A program made the translations under genes and the position numbers. Below the pieces are notes generated by a model, which worked only from the letters and a program-made list of their open reading frames with translations, had not been told where the DNA came from and did not search any database. From NCBI GenBank assembly GCA_043228905.1, contig JBHGNT010000006.1, positions 8,618,001 through 8,682,000 on the forward strand: 64,000 bases of DNA. Direction: 5' to 3'. Below are positions 37,238 through 46,894 of the stretch, piece by piece. Origin of the DNA: Azolla caroliniana. Its lineage: Eukaryota > Plantae > Polypodiophyta. The first letter of the stretch is position 1; every line of letters begins with the position of its first letter.

Positions 37238-37743
37238 TTTCTGTGTTACCGTGCTCTGATACCAGTTCGAAGGGGGTTTGACGCTATCAAACCTTTCGCC
37301 TCTCGGCCACAACCGAGACAACACGGATCAATGCAGCAGAAAATGGGAAAAAGACACAGAGAGACGAATACACAGGGTATAACGTGGAAAACCCTAAACG
37401 GGAAAAACCACGGGAGTGCACGACTCCAACTATCACTATACACTGGAATATACAATGGCGAGCTGCAAGGCGACGACCTTGAGCTCGCTGTCCTCGCCAC
37501 AGGCGGCGGTATTACACAGAGGCGTCGACCTCTTCGTTTCTATCTCTCTCTCTCGGCTGCTCTCACTTCTCATGAAAAATAAGCAACAACATTATAACTG
37601 TTTGCCCTAAGTCATATTTATACATATATGACTTTCGGGATATTTACAAATATAGCCTCAAGGGCTCTTAGCAAACATATTCACAAATATGTCCCTGCAT
37701 CCGGATCTCTCTCCGGGTACATTCGTCATCCGGCTCCGTAGCC

Positions 37744-37985
37744 GGGGTCTTCATCATCCGGATCCGTATCCGGGTACTCTTCATCCGGCTTCATGCCGGG
37801 TACTCTTCATCATCCGGATCCGTATCCGGGTACTCTTCATCCGGCTTCATGCCGGGTACTCTTCATCATCCGGATCCGTATCCGGGTACTCTTCATCCGG
37901 CTTCATGCCGGGTACTCTTCATCATCCGGATCCGCATCCGGGTACTCTTCATCCGGCTTCATGCCGGGTACTCTTCATCATCCGG
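37744..37985. repeat. 56-bp CCGG-rich tandem array in copia U3 (copy in 5' LTR)
   Basis: Same array as 32837-33078. Confidence 0.9.
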
Positions 37986-38057
37986 TTCCGTAACCGCAAC
38001 CGGGCTTGCCGTCATTCATCTCCGGACATCCCATCCGGAGGGACCGTAATCCCAACA

Positions 38058-38377
38058 CTTTTCTAATAGTGGAGCGAACCATGCCAACGCTGAGCCACTT
38101 AACAAAGTGCCTACTAAACCCACTCGTGATGCATCGGTGGGATACCGGGAAGGATGCATTTGAATAACTAATCGTACCTGGTTAAGGAACCCTCTAAACT
38201 GCGATCGCGTTCCATCGAACTTCGTGGGAAGGCCAATCTTGGGTTCTTTATGAATCCCTTGTGTTCCGGGCCCTTGTTGTTGCATCGCTACGATGGTTGC
38301 TTCGAGTTGTTGCACGCGTAACGCAAGTTCCCCATGATGTTGTTGCGTTTGCTGCTTTTCTAAGGAGATTTGCTGAA
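38058..38377. repeat. 320-bp direct duplication of gypsy gag flanking the copia (other copy 32062-32381)
   Basis: Copies match except one C/T difference noticed (QVQLV vs QVRLV). Confidence 0.92.
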
Positions 38378-38560
38378 GATCCCCCAACAACCGTTGGTTT
38401 TCTTGTTCCAAAGCATGGAACTTCTCTTTCAAGCATTGAAATTCCGAGAAAACAGATTGATATTCTTCAGCGCTAACAGTGGCCATGGGATGAAAGAAAA
38501 GAGGAATAAGAGATTAGTAGGAAATGAGAGAGACAGAAGGTAGGGCAAATCGGTTTAAAC

Positions 38561-38990
38561 TGTCAGGAACAATACTAAGACAGAGAAGGACTTAGTACTA
38601 AAAGAAGTATTAGTACTAAGAGAGGTGAAGAACTCTCGAGAGAAGGAAAGAGTGAGTGAGAGGGAGGGAGAGAGAGATCAAGAGAGAGAGAGAGTGATGA
38701 TAAGAAAAGATATATATTATGTGAAGAAAATGTACAGTAACTAGAAGGCTTAAGATTGGCGTTGAACCGATTTGGTTCGAAATAATGCCTTGTGCCTCCT
38801 TTTATAGTGTTCTAAGGAATACTCCTGAAGTTTCTAGAATGTTCCAGAGAAATCTAGAATATACATCAATTTTCTATAATAAAACATAAATGAAAATAAT
38901 ATTTTATGTATTACAATGTATAATCTAATGGTCAAGAGCTCGACCCATGTAGCATAAGGTCATGGGTTCGAGTCTTGCCATATCATGACA
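38561..38990 (-). repeat. 5' LTR of chromovirus
   Basis: TGTCATGA...CCTGACA on the minus strand; TATAAAA 38806-38800. Confidence 0.95.
38914..38986 (+). promoter_or_regulatory. tRNA-like Pol III A-box/B-box module within the LTR (also 27732-27804 and 63074-63146)
   Basis: TAATCTAATGG 38921-38931 and GGTTCGAGTC 38965-38974 at tRNA-like spacing. Confidence 0.55.
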
Positions 38991-41900
38991 CTTATTATGT
39001 ACAAATCCTTGTAGGGACGCGATAGTTTCATCTTATGTGGATGCCCATTGACTCAAGAAAGGGAGAGGACGTCCATTGTTGGATGAAGGCTATTCCTTGT
39101 CTTTCAACTCCATCGGAGCCGCCCTTGAGGCCATCATATTGGCTCTTTAGAGTGGCTACAATTTCACTCCATATCTCTTGAAGTAACATTGTTGGTTGCG
39201 CGGTTTGGTTGGAGAAGACTCGTCTACAGCGTTTGTTGAGCGAGCAAGCTCAACCGGATTCAGATTGGTATCCGGAAACAACCGGCCGAATCGGGGAGCC
39301 GGATCGGAGAGCCAGATTAGAGCGTGAGCCGGAAGCCTAGTAGTAGCCTAGACTACTAGGTAATCATTGTCTCGTAGTTAGTGTCAGTCGCACTTGTATG
39401 CATTGAAGTACCTGTCAGTACTTCTATCAGTCCTTTATGGACTTGTATAAATAGTGTTGTTTAACATGTTGTATTTATAAAGTTTTATAGTTAATTTTTG
39501 AATATAGCTTTATGTTCAGCTCTCTCTGTCTCCTCCGTGTTTGAAGCTTTTCCATTAAATCTTCATCTCACTTTCTGTTACTATCTGGCTGAACCAGTTC
39601 TGTCTGATGCTTCCGCACAATAACATTCACATGGTATCAGAGCGCGAGGGTTGAGATCCTCTGCAGCCAACACTTGCTTTCGTAAACTAACCCTAGAACC
39701 CGACAACAACAGATAGAGAGAAGATATGGACAGAGGAATGGTGAGTTCACTTCCAACAGAGAAGCTCGACCGGAGCAAGTACGCGTCCTGGTCCTATAAA
39801 ATGCACCAGTACCTGCTAGGGCATGGATATTGGAGCTTCGTGGAAGGAACAAATGAAGTAGCACCGGAGCCGTCACACAAAGACTTCCCACTATGGGAGC
39901 AAGGAGTGAGTCAAGTATTGTACTGTCTCGCGTCCGTGTGCATGATCAAATGCTCAGCTACATCAAGGATGCAAAGACGCCGAAGGAGGCCTGAGAAAAT
40001 CTACAGAAGATTTTTGCCGCAAGTACCACAACTCGTAAGTTGCAGCTCCAACAAGAGTTGAACAACATCCAAAAAAGAGACATGTCGGTTACGAACTAAC
40101 CACCAAGATAAAGGAGATTTGCGATGCACTCAGGTCCATCAACGTGACGGTGGATGAAGATGAGATGGTACAAATTTGCCTCGGTGATCTAGCACAAAGG
40201 TATGGGCCAATCCGGATAACGATCTGCACCCGGGAGAAACCACCGTCCTTCTTCGTCTTGCAATCGATGCTGATGGTCGAAGAAAACCAGGCGGGTGGGT
40301 CAAGGACCACTCAATCGGACGGCCGGATGCTGTACACGGAGACAAATCGGCCCCATGGACGTGGTGGACGAGGTGGGTCGGCATGCAATGGAGGCGGCTG
40401 ACAAGAGCAGGACCGGAGGCACAGAGTTTGTGCCGACAGTAGTTCCGGACCCTCCACAAGCAGGGGGAGTCAAAGAGGCGCCGGGAACCGGCAAGGAAAA
40501 GCCGACACGGAATGCTGGTACTGTGGCAAAAAGGGCCACAGGGAAAGTGAGTGCTGGAAGAAGTGCGCCGATTCGGACAAATCCGGATCTGGCAAAACCG
40601 GTCGAGAGAACTGGCAAAGCTTGCACTACGCAGAAGGATCCAAAACCGGGAAAACCGGTAAAAGGCCAGCCTTCGTGATGAAGCACAAGGCTAACTCAAT
40701 GAAGAAGACTACTTTTGGATCAGAGGAAGTATGGTATGTTGATTCCGGAGCGTCCAACCACATGACGAACCATGAAGAGTGGTTCTCTTTTTTGGAGAAA
40801 CCGGAACAACCGGGGATTGTCGAAACCTAAGACAACACCCCTCACCCAATTGTGCATGTCGGAGAAGTCCCTTTAAGCCATGTCGGACAAAGGGGGAAGC
40901 TGATGAACGTACTACACGTTCCGACTATCACAAAGAACTTGGTGTCAGTTGGACAAATCGTCGACCAAGGGATGCAGGTGCGGTTTACGCACCTAGGGTG
41001 CTTCATCAAGGAAGAGGGTCGGATAATTGCACAAGGGTGTAGAGACGGGAGGATGTTCATCCTCAACACTAATGATGTCGGTATCACTATGTTTGCGAAA
41101 GGGCAGAAGGTCGAATCGGACATCGACCGTTGGCACAAGCGGATTGGCCACGTCAATTATTGGAGGCTTCAAGACCTGCAATCGAAGGCTGAAATTTGTG
41201 AAGCCTGCCAACTTGGGAAGCAACACTGGCTTTCATTCCCCACCGATCAAAACTAGAGCCATAACAAGCTTAGTTTAATCCATTCGGATGTATGGGGACC
41301 GGCACAAAACGTTAGTCTTGGTGGGAGTCGGTATTTCGTCTCCTTCATTGACGACTACAACTGGCACACGTGGATCTACCTCATCGAGAGGAAGAGCGAA
41401 GTCTTCGAGTGTTTCCGGAACCTTCAAAGCTTGGTTGAATGGGAAACGGAGAGGAAGATAAGTGCCTGCGTTCGGATGGCAGGAAAGAATACTTTTCCGG
41501 CCAATTCAACAATTATCTGCAGCAGAACAGAATTCAGAGAGAATTTAGCTGCAGGTACACACCGGAGCAAGACAGTGTGGCCGAAAGGAAGAACCGGTCG
41601 ATTGTCGACGCGGCAAGGGCATTGCTGGAGGAGAAGACCATGCCCCATTTCTACTGGGCCGAGGTGGTCCGGATGACCGTCTACATCCAAAACCGGATCG
41701 GTGACAAGGTGTTAGCACATGAGCTGTATTTCAGGCGAAAGCCGAATTTGAGACACCTTCGGATATTCAGTAGCATAGCATATGTGCATGTACCGGATGA
41801 GAAGCGGAGGAAGCTGGATCTGAAGTCAGAGAAGTGCATTCTAGTCGGTTACTCGCATGAGCAAAAGGGGTATAAGTGCTATAACCCCTAGACTAGGCAG

Positions 41901-44710
41901 GTCTGAGTAAGCCGAAATGTCGAGTTTGATGAGACGGCATCATGGTACTCCTTACCGACTCCAACTCCTGACGAAGACCCGATTCCGGAAGATGAGGCTA
42001 GTGAGCCTGAGGAGGTTTAGGTAGAAGATGAAGTCTTCGGCACTCTAGAAGAGAGTCTGATCTCATTCCGACTAAGTGGACCGAATGAGCGGCTGAGTCG
42101 GGATGACCAGTCGGATGAGGAACCGGCGAGTAGTGGAGACTCTGCCGTGCTCTCCCCGCGCAAGGAACCAAGGAGACGGTTCACGCTCAAAGAGAAGGGG
42201 AAGAAGAAGATGCCGGAATACGAAACTAGCAACGTTGAGTTGGATCGGAGCGAATCCGACTCCAGAAAGGATGAAGGCGGATCTTCGGGAACGAAGTCTG
42301 ACCTGACCAAGAAGGGCCCCAAATTGGGTAATACCAAATTACGTTGGTCTTCCCGCCTGAAGAACCCTGTTATGCGGTACGGGTACAATGAGTACATGGC
42401 GCATCATTATGCGTTCATGACTAAGGTGGCGGAAGTGTGTGAGCCGGAGAGCTACGCAGAAGCGGCAAAGGACACAAATTGGTGTGCCGCTATGGAGGAA
42501 GAAATGCGGGCTAGATGCCAACGACACATGGGACCTCGTTGACCCTCCCCGACATTGTAAACCGATCGGTTGCAAATGGGTGTACAAGGTAAAGTACAAT
42601 GCCGAAGGTTTGGTTAACCGGTACAAGGCTCGATTAGTGGCAAAGGGATATGCATAGACCCAGAGAATCGATTACGACGAGACCTTTGCCCTGGTAGCGA
42701 AGATGACGACGGTTCGTGTGGTACTGACGGTTGTTGTGGCAAGGGGGTGGCATCTTCACCAGATGGACGTGAAGAATGCGTTTCTTCAAGGTGACCTTGA
42801 AGAACGGGTCTATATGATCCAACCTCCCGGTTTTTAGTCGCTTTATGGTCTGAAACAAGCCCCCCAAGCTTGGAATGCGAAGATCACGCACTGGTTGCGT
42901 AAGATGGGGTTTGTGACCTCTAAATCCTACTCATCATTGTTCATCTGGCAAGGTTCGGACGGTCCGGTTTGCATCTTGCTTTATGTAGATGATTTGGTCA
43001 TCACCGGACCCAGACTCAATGAAATCGGCCGAGTAAAGTCCCAGTTGTCGGACGCATTTGAAATGAAGGACCTGGGGGACCTTCATTATTTTCTTGGGAT
43101 CGAGGTGATCCGAACCCCCGATGGCATATTGCTCTCACAACAACACTATGTGTTGAATATGTTGTACAAGTTCGGTATAACGGAGTGCCGACCTGTCTCC
43201 ACACCCCTGGACCGAAACCAGAAGCTCTGTTCCAATTTCGGACTGGCCTGCGATGAGCAACGGTGCCGACAAATCGTCGGAAGCCTGATATACTTGACGA
43301 TCACTCGACCTGACCTCAGTTGCCCGGTCAGAGTGATCAACCAGTTCATGTAGAAGCCAACCGTCGAGCACCTTAAGTGCGCACACCAGATACTCCGGTA
43401 TGTGAGCGGCACGAAGGACTGGGGACTGTTATACCAGCATGGTATAACCGAAGAACTAGTCGGATATATAGATGCCGACTGGGCCGATGATGCATCAGAT
43501 CGTCGATCCACCTCCGGTTACATGTTTTCTCTGGGTAGCAGCAAAATGCAGCTAATAGTGGCTCTGTCGAGCACTGAGGCTGAATACTGGGGCACTACCA
43601 ATGCCACCTGTGAAGCCATCTAGCTTCGGCGACTGCTGCAAGACCTACGGTTTGAGGTCCCGACCCCAATACTACTCTATTGTAATAACATGAGCAACAT
43701 TCAGCTCGCCAAGAACCCCGTGTTCCATGTTCGGACGAAGCACATAGAAGTCCACTATCACTTTGTGCGTGAGCAGGTTTTGAGCGGTGAAGTAGAACTT
43801 CGGTATGTCTAGACGGATCGGCAAATTGCCGATATCTTCACCAAACCGCTCGGATCGGACAAGTTGCAACATTTCATTGAAATGCTTGGTGTTCAACATC
43901 TTGACGTGCACTTGAGGGGGAGAAAAGGAAAGGGAACGGATGGCACCGGACAAGGAGTCGGAGAGGAAGAAAGAACCAACAAAGGGGGAGACAAGAGGAA
44001 AAAGGAAGCCGAGCTAATCGAAGGAGTTGACACATCTGAAAAGGTCGGAACAAGTGGCAACGGCAGCAGAGTCAAGAAGGACAGAGCCAACCGGAAGAAA
44101 AAGGCCAAGACCCGGACGTGGTCCGGTGTGGTGAAGGGCCTGAAACCGGAAGACGAGTTGGACAACAATGACTCAGACAAGAGATGGAATGAATCGAAGG
44201 ACACTGATTCGGTTCAAGATTCGGAGAAGTCAGATCAACTAAAGGCCAAGCGGACACGGACGCAGCGGAAGTTGACGCCAACACAAAGCAACCGACGGTC
44301 GACAAGCGCCGGAGTCGCAGCAACGAGGGAGCTGAAATGGGCTTGTTGAGCAGACAAGCCGACCGAGGAGGTTGAGGTGCGTAGAACCAGAAGGGTCGTG
44401 GAAAACAAGACCGGACTAGACGAGGAACGTGAGCGAGGCGGAGCAATGCCAGAAGGAGCCGGGTCGAAGAATCGGCTGCAGCGGACACTAACACCACGAT
44501 CCGACCTCAAGTTGAGCTTGAGGGGGAGTGTTGAGCGAGCAAGCTGAACCGGATCCGGATCGGCTGAATAAGCCTGAGCCGGATCGGTATCCGGATGGTA
44601 TCCGGAAACAACCGGTCGGATCAGGGAGCCAGATTGGAGAGCCGGATTCAAGCGGGAACTGGAAGCCTAGTAGTAGCCTAGACTACTAGGTAATCATTGT
44701 CTCATAGTTA

Positions 44711-45617
44711 GTGTATATATATGTACATGTTTTTATTTAACTATGTAGATAATGTATAAACATGTGTATGTGTGTTATTATGTCAAAGGAATATATGTAG
44801 ATATTGTGGCGGTCACATGTGGTCCATGTGACCGCCACAATATGCTTATTTGTGTTTGAAAGTTCCATTTTAAAAGGGGGGCACGTATATTTAGGATTTT
44901 AGAAAGTTTTCTTTTAATATTTTATTTTATTTTTCCAAAAAAATCCTTCCATTAGTTATAAAATTTTACAAATGAGATTATTATGTACAAATCCCTGTAG
45001 GGACGCGATAGTTCCATCTTATGTGGATGCCCAATGACTCAAGAAATGGAGAGGACGACCATTGTTGGATGAAGGCTATTCCTTGTCTTTCAACTCCATC
45101 GGAGCCGCTATTGAGGCCATCATATTGGCTCTTTAGAGTGGCTACAATTTCACTCCGTATCTCTTGCAGTAACATTGTTGGTTGCGCGGTTTGGTTGGAG
45201 AAGACCCGTCTACACCGTTTGTTGAGCGAGCAAGCTCAACCGGATTCAGATTGGTATCCGGAAACAACCAGCCATATCGGGGAGCCGGATCAGAGAGTCA
45301 GATTTGAGCGGGAACTGGAAGCCTAGTAGTAGCCTAGACTACTAGGTAATCATTGTCTCGTAGTTAGTGTCAGTCACACTTGTGAGCATTGAAGTACCTG
45401 TCAGCACTTCTGTTAGTCCTTTATGGATTTGTATAAATAGTGTTGTTTAGCATGTTGTATGTACAGAGTTTTAGAGTTAATTTTTGAATATAGCTTTATG
45501 TTCAACTCTCTCTGTCTCCTCTGTGTTTGAAGCTTTTCCATTAAACCTTCATCTCACTTTCTGTTGCTATCCGGTTGAGCCGATTCTGTCTTACCCTTCC
45601 GCACATTAACATTCACA
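44711..45617. repeat. Duplicated block = copy of 27131-27363 + 38991-39631 (flank plus LTR)
   Basis: Colinear match across the chromovirus insertion site; lacks the 11.6-kb gypsy element. Confidence 0.9.
44805..44839. mobile_element. 35-bp palindromic insertion TGT...ACA with 4-bp TSD
   Basis: TGTGGCGGTCACATG-TGGTC-CATGTGACCGCCACA; ATAT on both sides; paralogous site 27221-27224 has a single ATAT. Confidence 0.85.
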
Positions 45618-46547
45618 CCGTTGTTTCCATAGAATCCAAAGAGTTATTGGGCTAACCAATTCCACCACAACTTGAGATTTGTCATTAAGAGGAGTTGAGT
45701 GGACATTGCCGATGGTGGAGAAAAAAACCTCTTGTGCTTTTATCATCAAAGTCATCCCCTCCTCCTGATGCTCGTATCTGCCAATTGGGGTCTGCCATGA
45801 TAGCCAACATATATTTCCCCACTTGATTGAGTCTTGCACCTAGCATAATTGTAACAAGCGGCCAACCCCCCGCCATATTCGACGGGACGTTGGGCAGTAC
45901 CACAAAGCGTGTCATATTGATTCTACTGCATTTGGACACTCTACACAATTAGGAGAGCTAAGGTTCCCACGTTCCCATGCTCCCACTGGTAGTGACTTAT
46001 GTATTAATAGCCATTGGAACGTGGTAATTCGCCTCGCGTGCTGTTGTTTCCAGATTTTGTACCAAAACTTGGTGATAATTGTGTGAGGAACTTGATATGT
46101 GTGCCAAACCTTTGCAGCAGCTGGCTCTCGGGTGGTTTGAGTAGCTAGAATGTGGTGACCCAATCTAGTTGTGAACTGGAAGAAAGGGATGGGTTTGCTT
46201 CCTTGCCCCGCGTAAGGATCACACTATGTCCATTGCAAAGGGTCCCAAATGACCTTATGTAGCCATGTGTTTTCATGAGTACATATGTGCCAATTGGGTT
46301 GTACTTCGATCGGATCAAGATCTACAATCCATTTATGACCAGTATACGCGAGTACTCGAATTGCATTATTTTGTGTTGGTGTCTCAGTGTCTCGCAATTC
46401 AGAGCCTTCGATCCTGTTTGGTGTTCCCGTACCTCTCGGGATCAAAGATCCCTCCTCCTCGTAGCCTATCCATTTCTCCATTGTCTTCCTTTGAGTAGCG
46501 GATTCTCTAATCAGTAGAGCGTTAATGATTTTCGACCTCATAGTCCA

Positions 46548-46894
46548 TCCGCCCCTGATTCAATGGAGTATGTGTTACCCATGAGAATATACGGGGAGGC
46601 ATAAGGGTATGTGTAATGATGTGTATGTGTAAAGTAAATGAGTGTGTGAGGATGAGTATATGTATGGACACATGGACAATTACGTGCATGTGTACAAGAA
46701 TGTGTAACGGTCTTATTTAGAACGGTCTCTTTTTGTAACGGATATATTATTTACTGTTACATTATGTATTATATAAACCCCTTATGGGGCATGTAATGAG
46801 ATATAGTTTTTTCCCCTCTTATTTTGGTGTCATTCTTATTTTCACTCTCTCCTTCTCTCTCTCTATCATAACCCCCCTCGGGAGGGGGGGGTGA
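46548..46894. mobile_element. About 347-bp insertion in LINE ORF2, solo-LTR-like with non-canonical TC...GA ends
   Basis: Interrupts GAKPRMA|MRSKII; TATATAAA and (CT)n typical of an LTR; imperfect flanking repeat AGTCCA/AGCCA. Confidence 0.45.

Larger units (their letters stand above)
32382..38057 (-). mobile_element. Young Ty1/copia element with intact ORF and near-identical LTRs
   Basis: 5' LTR about 37267-38057; 3' LTR 32382-33150 (lacks about 22 terminal bp); PBS TGGTATCAGAGC (tRNA-iMet) 37264-37253; PPT GAAGGGGGAG next to 33150; only one LTR mismatch noticed. Confidence 0.97.
31339..38486 (-). pseudogene. gag: gypsy gag, split by the copia insertion (38486-38058 and 32381-31339)
   Basis: MATVSAEEY..PTKFDGTRSQFRGFL..LSGSALAWF..LRQGDRPASAYAADF..PMEID..CLYCGGPGHIAINC. 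Confidence 0.9.
27364..38990 (-). mobile_element. Ty3/gypsy chromovirus (Tcn1/Tf1-like), full length, decayed pol, interrupted by a copia element
   Basis: LTRs 38561-38990 (5') and 27364-27808 (3'), TG...CA; PPT AAAGGGGGATAG; gag from 38486; PR LLDSGA, RT YLDD, RH EADASD, IN HHCC + DFITDLP + GQAER, chromodomain EYEVAAILDS..YLVDWLGY..TWEP; imperfect TSD ACTAT/CTTAT (empty copy ATTAT at about 44977). Confidence 0.95.
39234..45617 (+). mobile_element. Degenerate Ty1/copia element with rearranged 3' LTR, inserted in a LINE 3' end
   Basis: 5' LTR 39234-39631; PBS TGGTATCAGAGC 39632; gag MDRGMVSSLPTEKLDRSKYASW; WYVDSGAS; LLYVDD; PPT then partial 3' LTR 44529-44714; further LTR copy 45220-45617; TSD GCGTT/CCGTT. 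Confidence 0.9.

Noticed and set aside
38914-38986. Functional tRNA gene
   Set aside because: Acceptor and anticodon stems do not pair properly; kept only as a tRNA-like promoter module
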